A stretch of 32,000 nucleotides of DNA, taken from NCBI GenBank assembly GCA_004124475.1, contig SCKK01000008.1:8075-40074 (forward strand). The letters are read 5' to 3'. Each line of letters opens with the position of its first letter. Positions within the stretch are counted from its first letter, which is position 1. The translations under genes were made by a program, and so were the position numbers. Shown piece by piece: positions 1-9,040 of this stretch. The notes beneath the pieces are model-generated. The model saw only the letters and a list, made by a program, of their open reading frames with translations. It was not told the origin of the DNA and made no database searches. This stretch comes from Fidelibacterota bacterium (GTDB lineage Bacteria; Fidelibacterota; Marinisomatia; Marinisomatales; SCKK01).

Positions 1-1
1 A

Positions 2-325
2 GTGACTCATATTGTCAATCGGTTTATGCCCAACGAACGATGGGTCATTCAATTGAAATTCACTCAATTGAAGCATGGCGAACCTCGGACCGATGATGAT
101 TATCCTATCGGTTCAAATCCAAATGACAATTACAATGACCGTAACCAAGAAGATGACGACGTCACTTATTTTCTCATGGGGGATATCACAACAACCAACA
201 CGATCAAAATAAATGTTGATTACAGACTTTCAAATACAATTTGGGCCTGGTGTGCTGTAGAAACGATTGAATCAAAAAGTGAGGATCATACCATTATTCA
301 TATTGGGGTAAGGTTTGATTACTAA
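2..325 (+). CDS. 3' end of a CDS that begins upstream of the window; hypothetical protein
   Basis: Frame is open from the window edge to TAA 323-325. D/N/T-rich segment then a beta-strand-like tail (...TIIHIGVRFDY*). No family recognised by eye. Confidence 0.4.
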   Translation: MTHIVNRFMPNERWVIQLKFTQLKHGEPRTDDDYPIGSNPNDNYNDRNQEDDDVTYFLMGDITTTNTIKINVDYRLSNTIWAWCAVETIESKSEDHTIIHIGVRFDY

Positions 326-1415
326 TCTAATTATCGGACTTTTTCTTCTGGGTACAATCGTCTACTTTAGCATACTGCTGTTTGTGATCCGGGGATTGTT
401 AGGTATTGAACAGAAACCTCCGAGAAAGGATGAGTTTGTTACTGTGGTAGTCTCATTTCGGAATGAAGTGCTAAACATTTCTAATTTGCTACAATCATTA
501 AAAGAACTGACTTATCCTATTGATTTATTCGAAGTAATATTTGTTAACGACGGTTCCACGGATGGTGGTGAGAAGTTAGTCGAAGCAGAGATGGACAAAC
601 AGCTACATTGGGATCTAATTGTGATCAGCGATAAACCGAAATATTTACAGGGAAAGAAGTATGGACTAACAAAAGCGATTGAAAAAAGCAAAGGTGACGT
701 CATTCTAACGACAGACGCTGATTGTGAAGTCCCGCCTAATTGGATTCAGACCATGCTAGGGCATTTATCTCCCGAAGTGGGTATGGTATTGGGACATTCA
801 CCAATTCATGAAGATGGCACTTTTTTTCACAGATTGTTAGCCTTTGATGTAATGGCAGGCTCTGCTGTTACAGCCGCCGGGGCATTCTATAACAAACCGC
901 CACATTCCAATGGAAGGAATCTTATGTACCGAAAACAGGCATTTTTTGATGTTAATGGTTATTCTGAAAGCGGATATTTGGACAGCGGGGATGACTTTTT
1001 CCTATCCCAAGCTGTTCGAAAAAAAACTGGATGGAAATTTGATTTCTCTCCTTCACCAGAAGCTTATGTGTTTACGAAAGCATATTCTTTGGGGGAAAAA
1101 TTCCTTAATCAGCAATTGCGTAAAAATAGCAAAGCAGTTTATCATACTATTCCCTTTCTTCTTGCTGCTTTTGGGATTCTTCTGCATATAATTGGCCTTC
1201 CATTTTTCGTATTTAGTGGCGTTATGGGTATCTCATCAATACTTGCACTTTTTGTTATTAAGATTTCACTAGAATTCTGGGCAGTTGTTATGGCTTCTGA
1301 AAAACTCCATCTTTTGCACATGAGGAAATACTACCCTGTTATGGCTGTTCTCTATCCAATGTTTATCCTCATTTTCTCCTTGGCTGGGAGCTTCAAATTG
1401 TATCAGTGGAAATAA
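315..1415 (+). CDS. Membrane-embedded family 2 glycosyltransferase
   Basis: 366-aa ORF with TTG start at 315 (11-nt overlap with the upstream CDS). N-terminal TM helix, VVVSFRNE...VIFVNDGSTDGG nucleotide-sugar block, TTDADC (DxD-type) motif, QQLRK (QxxRW-like) motif and several C-terminal TM helices. Confidence 0.85.
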   Translation: MITNLIIGLFLLGTIVYFSILLFVIRGLLGIEQKPPRKDEFVTVVVSFRNEVLNISNLLQSLKELTYPIDLFEVIFVNDGSTDGGEKLVEAEMDKQLHWDLIVISDKPKYLQGKKYGLTKAIEKSKGDVILTTDADCEVPPNWIQTMLGHLSPEVGMVLGHSPIHEDGTFFHRLLAFDVMAGSAVTAAGAFYNKPPHSNGRNLMYRKQAFFDVNGYSESGYLDSGDDFFLSQAVRKKTGWKFDFSPSPEAYVFTKAYSLGEKFLNQQLRKNSKAVYHTIPFLLAAFGILLHIIGLPFFVFSGVMGISSILALFVIKISLEFWAVVMASEKLHLLHMRKYYPVMAVLYPMFILIFSLAGSFKLYQWK

Positions 1416-1416
1416 T

Positions 1417-2433
1417 ATGTGGATAAAGTATCTCCCTGTGTTTCTTCCATTGTTGAGCTGGCGAAAAATATGGAATCTCTTTGCAAGTGAACTCTCTTTA
1501 GTATTAAGTAATCTTCTGAGGAAATCGTTTGTTTGGGGAATGCCAACGCAGATCATGGTGGAGCCAACCAACATTTGTAATCTTCAATGTCCTCTCTGTG
1601 CAAATGGGGCTGGAGTTCTTGGAAGAAGACCAGATTATCTAGATCTTGAGGTCTTTAAATCAACCATTAATGAACTTCATCCGTGGCTAACTCAAATCCT
1701 TTTCTGGAATCAAGGAGAACCTTTTTTAAGCAAGATATTCTTGAAGATGGTAAGGTATGCAGTAGATCGTAAAATCTTTACTCTTGCAAGCACTAATGGA
1801 CACTTTCTGAATAATGCACAAGAAATATGTGATTCGGGCTTACACGCTTTGACTATTTCACTTGACGGTGCTACAGAAGATACCTATCTGAAATATCGAA
1901 TAGGGGGTGATTTCCAGAAAGTCCTAAAAGGAATCAGGGGTATAGTGCAATTCAAAAGGAAGAATCACAAGAAGACACCTATTCTCATTCTTCAGTTGGT
2001 AATTACACGACTGAATGAACATGAAGTACCGAAAATAAGAAAACTTGCTCGTGAATTGGAAGTAAACTATCTGTTACTGAAAACAGCAGAAATTCCCAAT
2101 AAAGAGGATTTGGAGATATACTCACCACAAACTCCAAGGTATAGAAGATATTTCTCCGGAAACGACATTACCTTCCGTAAGAACTGTCCCAAACTCTGGA
2201 CCCAACCAGTGCTTAACTCAAATGGAGAATGGTCTGTATGTTGTTTTGATAAAACTGTTATATTCCCTTTAGGTAGTTCCAAACAAAATGGGGGAAACTT
2301 CAGGGAGATCTGGACGTCAAGACAATTTAATACATTTCGCAAATTAGTATATAAAGATAGGAACAATTTTCCCATGTGTATAGACTGTTCTGCTCACTTG
2401 AAATTAATTTTCGATTTCGAGAGAACTGGGTAA
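1417..2433 (+). CDS. Radical SAM protein with Cys-rich SPASM/twitch-like C-terminal domain
   Basis: 338-aa ORF; ATG lies 1 nt after the GT2 stop. CNLQCPLC matches the CxxxCxxC radical-SAM cluster motif. GEPFL and SLDG blocks. C-terminal cysteines CPKLW...SVCCFD...PMCIDC. Confidence 0.85.
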   Translation: MWIKYLPVFLPLLSWRKIWNLFASELSLVLSNLLRKSFVWGMPTQIMVEPTNICNLQCPLCANGAGVLGRRPDYLDLEVFKSTINELHPWLTQILFWNQGEPFLSKIFLKMVRYAVDRKIFTLASTNGHFLNNAQEICDSGLHALTISLDGATEDTYLKYRIGGDFQKVLKGIRGIVQFKRKNHKKTPILILQLVITRLNEHEVPKIRKLARELEVNYLLLKTAEIPNKEDLEIYSPQTPRYRRYFSGNDITFRKNCPKLWTQPVLNSNGEWSVCCFDKTVIFPLGSSKQNGGNFREIWTSRQFNTFRKLVYKDRNNFPMCIDCSAHLKLIFDFERTG

Positions 2434-2435
2434 GA

Positions 2436-3281
2436 GTGAAAATTACTTTCTTATTGAAGCTCGCTTTTTCCATGCTGATCATGGCTTATTTATTTACCAG
2501 GTTGTCGTTGCATCAGGTCTATGATTTTTGGCAGACCTTGTCACTTAGTACAATTCTCGTTTTGTTTTTTCTTTTTCTAGTGAATCTTATGGTCCAGTTA
2601 TGGCGATGGAGAACCCTTGTAATTAGCCATCTCCCCAAAACGAGTTTTGATCAGATTATAAAATCGTTTTTTGCAGGATTTACGTTACGACTTTCTGTGC
2701 CCGGAGGATATGCAGAAGTTGGGAAGATATTTCTAGTAAGTGGTGGTCGAAAAGAGACATTATTTGCGTTTGGCATGGAAAAATACATTATTGCATCAAC
2801 GCAATTTCTGTTGGTGGGGTTTGCTGGTATGTATATTTTACCAGAATTTTACGCTGGCTCATTTACTATGGTTGTATTGGCAGTGACATTATTTACCGTA
2901 TACCCGTATTTCAAGAAGTTTCCTTTCTTGAAACGTCACTTAGACCCCGATTTTCCGTATTCTTCATCTATGATTATAGTGGCTGTATTAACGGTGATGG
3001 TTTATGCGTTGGTCACAACTCAATATTATTTTATGCTCCTACCCGAAAAGGTGTTGACATGGTTAGAAATGGCTTCGGTTGTCATCATTCTGATCGGTTC
3101 TGCAATGATTCCAATCTCCTATTCAGGTCTGGGAGTCAGAGAAGGTGTAGGAATTTTTCTCTTTCAGCGATTCGATGTTGGACAAGAGATAGTGGTAGGC
3201 ATGACGCTGTTGATTTTTCTTCTCAACATAGTACTCCCCGCCATTGTCGGGATGGTAGTGATTTTCAAATTTCGCAAATAG
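2436..3281 (+). CDS. Polytopic membrane protein, UPF0104 / lysylphosphatidylglycerol-synthase-TM-region-like ('flippase-like')
   Basis: ORF-track frame is 2376-3281. I place the start at the in-frame GTG 2436, 2 nt after the radical-SAM stop. About 8 hydrophobic helices and a C-terminal SGLGVREGVG block typical of this family. The function call is tentative. Confidence 0.6.
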   Translation: MKITFLLKLAFSMLIMAYLFTRLSLHQVYDFWQTLSLSTILVLFFLFLVNLMVQLWRWRTLVISHLPKTSFDQIIKSFFAGFTLRLSVPGGYAEVGKIFLVSGGRKETLFAFGMEKYIIASTQFLLVGFAGMYILPEFYAGSFTMVVLAVTLFTVYPYFKKFPFLKRHLDPDFPYSSSMIIVAVLTVMVYALVTTQYYFMLLPEKVLTWLEMASVVIILIGSAMIPISYSGLGVREGVGIFLFQRFDVGQEIVVGMTLLIFLLNIVLPAIVGMVVIFKFRK

Positions 3282-4090
3282 AGAATGTTTTCGTTTAAAC
3301 AATTATTGGGATCTGTGGATTTGTCACAGAAACACAATGATATTTTATAACATTAGGATAACGATAGATAGGGTAGTTTTGCAACTTCTTGTACAAATAT
3401 TCTTATACCTTAATTACCTCTTATGCAATGCTTGATATTGCTTTCTCTGCCTATGCATCGGCATGATGCGAAGCGGCTAATGAATGAGGCTAAATTCTGG
3501 TAAATATATTTGTCTCAGTCTCCTCCATTATGAAAGGGAAAGTTGAACAAGGAGATTGAGTAATGACTAATTGTCTTTTTGAATGAACAGTTCTCCGATG
3601 ATAAAGTAATTTGTTTCTATGCCACTATAATATTCAACTGTTCTGGACTACCACTCCATCTGCAGCCAACTGTTTTTACATCCTGCTAAAGTACATTACA
3701 TAGGATTTTATAACTATTATTCTGGGTATAAGATTAATATTGGATAAAAGATCGCCTCATAATCACTAAACGGTCACTCAAGCCTCCAAGTTCACTAATA
3801 TAAGGAGGGACAGAGTACTGAAAATCCTTGTGTCGCTGGTTTCCCGATTCAATCGGGAGCCCAGTCACGATACCCTCCAATATAATGTGTTGGGTATTTT
3901 TTCCCCAATAGTCAGTTACTCCCCGACTTTGTAGAGGTGGACAGTCTTCTTGTTAATGAAAAAATACTATTACCTAAAAGAGAACATCCACTATATACTA
4001 ACAGAAAGAATTTCACATCTTTTTAATTGAAAATGATAGTAATTTATAACGTTAATCGTTGGGGTACTTAAATAATCAAGGTACAAGGTT

Positions 4091-4135
4091 CATCCTGAAG
4101 TTTCGGGATATTACTTGTCCCGAAACTTCGGGATG
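4091..4135. repeat. 18-bp-arm hairpin (CATCCTGAAGTTTCGGGA / TCCCGAAACTTCGGGATG, one G-U position, 9-nt loop)
   Basis: Inverted repeat read directly from the sequence. The left arm recurs verbatim at 22945-22962, and a related 16-nt perfect palindrome TCCCGAAGCTTCGGGA is at 13647-13662. Confidence 0.8.
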
Positions 4136-4251
4136 CTGTGCACAGTCAGCCTAAAAATGAAAATTCCTACCCGCCTGAACTACATAGTCGGGCAGGCCCG
4201 CCTGCTCCCCAGCTTGCCTCACTCTGTGAGTGGCGGGCAGGTACAATCAAG

Positions 4252-5940
4252 TTAATATCCCGCCGCCTGTCCGTCCTTTCGGGATTCCGATGCCCCGTAA
4301 TAGACGCCCTGTTCGGAATCCCAGAGAATAGCTTGATAGCCCCCAAACCCACCTTTGGTTACTCGTACATTATGACCTTTTTGTTGTAGTGCTTCGATAA
4401 CGTCAGAAGAAAATCCGGATTCCAGATTCACGATTCCTCCATCAATCATTGATTCTCCTGTGGGTTGAGAACTTCCGGTATGGCGAATTCTGGGCGCATC
4501 TCCCGCCTCCTGCAGATTCATGCCAAAGTCCATGATGTTGACCAATATTTGAGCGTGCCCCTGTGGCTGCATGGCTCCCCCCATCACACCAAAGCTCATG
4601 AACGGCTTACCATCTTTCGTAACAAACGCAGGGATAATCGTGTGGAAGGGTCTCTTGTCGGGTTCAAATACGTTGAAATGACCTTCCTCCAAACTGAACA
4701 ACTCTCCCCTGTCTTGAAGGATAAAGCCGAGGTCTCCAGGCGTCATCCCGGAGCCCATGCCCCGGTAGTTACTCTGAATGAGAGATACCATATTTCCATC
4801 CTTGTCAGCCACGGTGAGGTAGATAGTATCGCCATCTTCCAAGTTACCGGGTTCGTAAGTGAGAGCTGCACGGTTTGGGTCAATGAGTTTTCGCCGTTCA
4901 TCGGCATAGTCCTTGGAAATCAGATGCTCTACCGGAATTTGGTTGAAAGCCGGATCGGCATAATATTGTGACCTATCCTCGAATGCCAACTTCTTTGCCT
5001 CCACAAATGTGTGGATATACTCAGCGCTGCCAAATCCCATGGATTTTATATCGTATTCTTCCAGGATATTCAGGATTTGCAAAGCTGCGATCCCCTGACC
5101 ATTGGGAGGCAGTTCCCAGACATCGTATCCCCTGTAGTTGGTGGAAACAGGTTCAACCCATTCGGATGTGTGGGAAGCAAGGTCTTCATAAGTGAGGAAT
5201 CCTCCTTGCTCCTGAATATATTCGGCGATGGCCTGGGCAATCTCACCTTCGTAAAAAGCATCCCGTCCTCCTCTTGCAATTTTTTTCAATGTTTTTGCCA
5301 AGCGTGGATTCTTGAAGATTTCCCCCTTTTTAGGAGCGCGACCGTTAGGCATAAAGGTATCTGCAAAGCCAGGGAATTCCTTGAGGATAGGGACACTCTT
5401 TTCCATGTAATAGGCAATCAGCTCAGTCACAGGGAAACCGGTTTCTGCATAATCAATGGCAGGTTGAAGAATCTTTTGCATGCTCAGTTTTCCAAATCGC
5501 TTGTGCATTTCAAACCATCCATCCACACAGCCCGGGACTGAAACGGGTAACGGTCCGTGTGAAGGGATACGAGTGTAGCCGTGATCACTAAAATATTTGA
5601 GAGTCAGGGATTTGGGAGAACGGCCACTGGCATTAAGACCGTAAAGTTTTTGGGACGAGGCAACCCAAATAATGGCAAATAAATCTCCACCGATACCGTT
5701 ACCCGTTGGTTCTACCAAACCGAGCACAGCATTTGCCGCAACGGCAGCGTCTATAGCGTTTCCACCTGCTTTAAGAATATCTAACGCCACTTGTGTTGCC
5801 AGCGGCTGGCTGGTTGCCGCCATACCGTTTCGGGCAATAACTTCGGAGCGGGTAGCAAAAGGCAAACCTGTGAGGCGATTCTGTGAGATTGCGGTGTTAT
5901 GAATGATCATTAATGAGGAAAATAGAATAATAGATCCCAT
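4252..5940 (-). CDS. ggt: Gamma-glutamyltransferase (gamma-glutamyltranspeptidase), secreted
   Basis: 562-aa ORF with signal-like N-terminus. Blocks GGNAIDAAVAANAVLG and TGNGIGGDLFAI, autoprocessing/nucleophile region DGDTIYLTVADKDGNMVSLIQSNY, GVMGGAMQPQGHAQ. Confidence 0.9.
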   Translation of the reverse strand: MGSIILFSSLMIIHNTAISQNRLTGLPFATRSEVIARNGMAATSQPLATQVALDILKAGGNAIDAAVAANAVLGLVEPTGNGIGGDLFAIIWVASSQKLYGLNASGRSPKSLTLKYFSDHGYTRIPSHGPLPVSVPGCVDGWFEMHKRFGKLSMQKILQPAIDYAETGFPVTELIAYYMEKSVPILKEFPGFADTFMPNGRAPKKGEIFKNPRLAKTLKKIARGGRDAFYEGEIAQAIAEYIQEQGGFLTYEDLASHTSEWVEPVSTNYRGYDVWELPPNGQGIAALQILNILEEYDIKSMGFGSAEYIHTFVEAKKLAFEDRSQYYADPAFNQIPVEHLISKDYADERRKLIDPNRAALTYEPGNLEDGDTIYLTVADKDGNMVSLIQSNYRGMGSGMTPGDLGFILQDRGELFSLEEGHFNVFEPDKRPFHTIIPAFVTKDGKPFMSFGVMGGAMQPQGHAQILVNIMDFGMNLQEAGDAPRIRHTGSSQPTGESMIDGGIVNLESGFSSDVIEALQQKGHNVRVTKGGFGGYQAILWDSEQGVYYGASESRKDGQAAGY

Positions 5941-6126
5941 AATGTATCCCCTTAATTTGATAGATGAGACGATTATTTTGATTGAAATATAGCAATTCCG
6001 GTAGTACCCTGCTCTAATGGGAATCTCGTTGGCTTTGATTAAAAATGCAATGAAATTGTGGGTTTGGATGAAACTATTCTGTAACTTTGCTTAAAATCCT
6101 TTCAACTTCAAAATAAGGAGCAAGTC

Positions 6127-7110
6127 ATGAGAATATATCTTTTAGTTATCGTGTGGTCTCTCCTATTTAATTCCAACATTGCTTATTCCCAAGAACTTCC
6201 TATCCGTCCGGTATCGACCTATTCTATTGTGGCGCTTGATCCTGAGACTAAAGAATTGGGTGTAGCAGTACAGAGCCATTGGTTTTCTGTCGGTCCCATA
6301 GTTCCATGGGCTGAAGCAGGTGTGGGAGCGGTAGCAACTCAATCGCTTGTGAAAATTGACTACGGTCCGGATGGGCTCAGGTTAATGCGAGAGGGACTTT
6401 CTGCAAGGGAAGCTCTTGAAAAGCTGATATCAGAGGATACGGGTCAGGCCGTGCGTCAGGTGGCTATGGTAGATATTCAAGGAAACGTGGCGACTCATAC
6501 AGGGGCTCGATGTATTGCAGCGGCGGGTCATCAAGCAGGCAAAAATTACTCCGTCCAGGCAAATTTGATGGAATATCCTACCGTCTGGCCAGCCATGGCG
6601 GAAGCCTTTGAACGGACACAAGGTGATCTGGCAGATCGGATGATGGCGGCGCTGGAAGCGGCACAGCGGGAAGGGGGAGACATCCGGGGGCGGCAATCTG
6701 CGGCCATGCTCATTGTCTCCGGTGAACCAACCGGTGTGCCTTGGAAAGATGTAATCCTGGATCTCCGGGTAGAGGATCACCCCGAACCGTTAAAGGAATT
6801 AAAACGGCTGATCCGTATCCATCGGGCATACAAACATGCCAATAAAGGGGATGAATTGCTGGAAGTGGATGATATCGAGGGAGCGCTCAGGGAGTATAGT
6901 CTGGCGGAGGAATATTATCCCGAAAACATCGAGCTTCCTTTTTGGACAGCGGTGACATTGGCAGGAACAGGACGATTAGAGGAAGCACTTCCTATATTCA
7001 AGAAAGTGTTTGCTATAAATGAAAAATGGCGAACACTAACTCCGAGATTGGTGAAATCGGAACTGCTGCCGGATGATCCGGATATGCTGGAGGAAATTAT
7101 CAAACAGTAG
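6127..7110 (+). CDS. DUF1028 family protein (Ntn-hydrolase-like), secreted, with helical-repeat C-terminus
   Basis: 327-aa ORF with SD AAGGAG 6 nt upstream and a signal peptide. STYSIVALDPETKELGVAVQSHWFSVGPIVPWAEAGVGAVATQS matches the DUF1028 N-terminal signature. Confidence 0.75.
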   Translation: MRIYLLVIVWSLLFNSNIAYSQELPIRPVSTYSIVALDPETKELGVAVQSHWFSVGPIVPWAEAGVGAVATQSLVKIDYGPDGLRLMREGLSAREALEKLISEDTGQAVRQVAMVDIQGNVATHTGARCIAAAGHQAGKNYSVQANLMEYPTVWPAMAEAFERTQGDLADRMMAALEAAQREGGDIRGRQSAAMLIVSGEPTGVPWKDVILDLRVEDHPEPLKELKRLIRIHRAYKHANKGDELLEVDDIEGALREYSLAEEYYPENIELPFWTAVTLAGTGRLEEALPIFKKVFAINEKWRTLTPRLVKSELLPDDPDMLEEIIKQ

Positions 7111-7114
7111 CCCC

Positions 7115-8251
7115 TTGCTGGAATTAGCATTTATCTGCACCTCCTGTAAAAAACCATATGAGGGACAAGAAATCCCCACCCTCTGCTCCTGTGGTCATCC
7201 TCTTGAAGTCAGGTTGGATCTGGTAAAAACGGCCTCTGCTTCTGCAACTGCTACTATCAATCAAACCGACCCTTCCCTTTGGCGCTATCGATCTGTTTTA
7301 CCTCCCATCAGTGACGAACACATCACGACACTGATTGAAGGATGGACGGCTTTAAATCGTGCTGAGGACTATCTGGGTGTTTCCCTCTATTTCAAGGATG
7401 AAACGGTAAATCCCACGGGTTCTTTCAAGGATCGGGGGATGAGCTTGGCCATCTCTCACCTCCGTAGTTATGGAATCCGTGCTGTCTGTTTGCCATCGGC
7501 GGGGAATGCAGGTGTGGCGGCAGCCGCCTATTGTCAGGAGGCAGGAATCGAATGCCACGTCTACTTACCTGAAACCATCCCCACACCCTTTTTTGAAGCA
7601 ACTGAAAAGTATGGAGCAACGGTTCGTCTGGTGGGGAAAACCATAGCCGATGCGTCCAATGCTATGAAGAAAGAAAAACATGAAACCTGGTCTGACCTCT
7701 CCACGTTGAAGGAACCATTTCGTGTGGAAGGGAAAAAGACATTAGGGTATGAAATTGCAGAACAGTTGGAGTGGTGTTTCCCAGATGTGGTGGTCTATCC
7801 CACGGGTGGTGGGACAGGATTGATGGGCATGTGGAAAGCATTCAACGAAATGAAAGAAATGGGGTGGGTCGAAGGCAACCTTCCTCGCATGGTAGTGGTT
7901 CAGTCCTCGGGATGTGCTCCTATTGTTAACGCATTTGAGAAAGGGTTGAAGAAACACCAGCCGTGGCAAAAACCAGAGACATCCGCTCTCGGCTTGAATG
8001 TCTCGAATCCCATTGGAGGGCCCTGGATGCTCAGAGTTTTGCGGGAGAGTGCAGGTATAGCTGTGATGGTGGAGGAAGGAGAGATTCCAGCGGCGTGGAA
8101 AGAAGTGGCTGTCGTTTCAGGAACCGAGCCATCACCGGAGGCTGGAGTGGCATGGCTCGGTTTTAAATCATTTGTGGATTCAGGTTGGATTCACCCCGAA
8201 GAAGTAGTTATTATACCGATTACCGGGAGTGGAGAAAGATATGCATTATAA
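7115..8251 (+). CDS. thrC: Threonine synthase (PLP-dependent) with N-terminal Cys4 zinc ribbon
   Basis: ORF-track frame is 7073-8251. I prefer the in-frame TTG 7115, just after the upstream stop (7108-7110). CTSCKK...CSCGHPLEV zinc ribbon and PLP-lysine block FKDETVNPTGSFKDRGMSLAIS. The start codon is uncertain. Confidence 0.8.
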   Translation: MLELAFICTSCKKPYEGQEIPTLCSCGHPLEVRLDLVKTASASATATINQTDPSLWRYRSVLPPISDEHITTLIEGWTALNRAEDYLGVSLYFKDETVNPTGSFKDRGMSLAISHLRSYGIRAVCLPSAGNAGVAAAAYCQEAGIECHVYLPETIPTPFFEATEKYGATVRLVGKTIADASNAMKKEKHETWSDLSTLKEPFRVEGKKTLGYEIAEQLEWCFPDVVVYPTGGGTGLMGMWKAFNEMKEMGWVEGNLPRMVVVQSSGCAPIVNAFEKGLKKHQPWQKPETSALGLNVSNPIGGPWMLRVLRESAGIAVMVEEGEIPAAWKEVAVVSGTEPSPEAGVAWLGFKSFVDSGWIHPEEVVIIPITGSGERYAL

Positions 8252-8418
8252 GTGTTAAAGTGTTACATTGTTAAGGTGTTTGAATATCTGATTACCATAC
8301 AGATTTCCGAAAGGGGAGGTAAGTGGAAAAATTTAAATAGGGAAAAGGTCTTATCGCTACTTTTGCGGCAGTGGCAGTTGGGTTGATGTTATTTCTCATC
8401 TTGTTTGGCAACCCATTG

Positions 8419-8721
8419 TCACAACGCACCATTTATAGCAACAGGATTTTTAGGAAATAGATAGTATACGTTTTTCGGATTGTCCACTCCCTGAATCACT
8501 TCGTAGATATAAGTAAGTGTATCAACTGTACTCTGAACCGCAAAGAAAGTCAGATCGTGTTCAGACAGGATAAAGGTTGTGTTCCACTCTTCAGGATCGA
8601 GTAAAATGGAAGTGTCTCCGGCCCAGTGATGGAAAACCATCGTCTGAGGATCGAGATTTGCCCGGATGTGGACGGTATCACCGGGTGCGTATGTACCGCT
8701 TCCATAACCACTTTCTACCAT
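8419..8721 (-). CDS. Hypothetical protein or gene remnant
   Basis: ORF-track 8419-8751, but its first 10 codons are encoded by the terminator hairpin at 8736-8772, so I start at the internal ATG (8719-8721). A YGSGTYAPGDTVHIRA beta-repeat-like segment is followed by an abrupt stop. Possibly a truncated gene. Confidence 0.3.
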   Translation of the reverse strand: MVESGYGSGTYAPGDTVHIRANLDPQTMVFHHWAGDTSILLDPEEWNTTFILSEHDLTFFAVQSTVDTLTYIYEVIQGVDNPKNVYYLFPKNPVAINGAL

Positions 8722-8735
8722 TAATAAAAAGGCTG

Positions 8736-8772
8736 GCAACCCCAAAGTCACCAGCCTTTTTTGTTGGTGTTT
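8736..8772. terminator. Bidirectional intrinsic terminator (AAAAAGGCTGG - 14-nt loop - CCAGCCTTTTTT)
   Basis: Perfect 11-bp inverted repeat with an A-run on one side and a T-run on the other. It lies immediately after the stop (8773) of the receptor remnant on the - strand. Confidence 0.65.
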
Positions 8773-9040
8773 TTAACCTGTGTTAAAACATGAGACGAAT
8801 TCCGAGCTGCATCCGCCACCGTTCACATCACCGGAATAGATGAACGAGTATCTGTTGCCCCCGTCATTAACAAACCTGTTCCCTTCCGCCAGTTCAAAGA
8901 ACAGGCCTACGCTGGTCGCCATGCTCCTGGACCATTCATGGCGGTAATTGGCTCTCAACTCTGCTTTGACCTCTGGCCAGAACTCATCCGGTACTTTCCC
9001 TGAAAAGTAAACAAATTGCAAGCACTATATTCTTTTTCAT
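8773..9040 (-). pseudogene. Remnant of a TonB-dependent receptor paralogue (internal deletion plus frameshift)
   Basis: On the - strand, SD AAGGAGAG and ATG (9040) encode MKKNIVLAICLLF..., then a stop after 18 codons. The adjacent frame (8773-9021) reads ...RANYRHEWSRSMATSVGLFFELAEGNRFVNDGGNRYSFIYSGDVNGGG. This aligns with ...NYSHSWSDRLTTHFGLFLELAEGNRFAGAGGNRYSFTYSGDINGDG near the C-terminus of the intact receptor at 9255-12638. Confidence 0.65.

Noticed and set aside
3804-3878. tRNA-like segment: GGAGGG...CCCTCC ends ~75 nt apart, enclosing a TCCCG-ATTCAAT-CGGGA stem-loop
   Set aside because: The putative T-arm is followed by 13 extra nt before the 3' acceptor strand. The loop does not fit TTCRANY, and no D-arm or anticodon stem can be drawn. 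It is not a tRNA or a recognisable tRNA fragment.
4138-4389. ORFs 4138-4389(+) and 4167-4352(-)
   Set aside because: They are generated by the GC-rich repeat block and by the antisense of the ggt 3' end, and give low-complexity P/R/A-rich products.
4465-5541. Long antisense ORFs inside ggt (168 and 176 aa). Similar cases lie inside the receptor gene, motA/motB (19287-19757), the TPR gene (16441-16827), tnaA, M19 and M28
   Set aside because: Each is fully contained in, and antisense or out of frame to, a CDS with strong family-level motifs. These are typical shadow ORFs.
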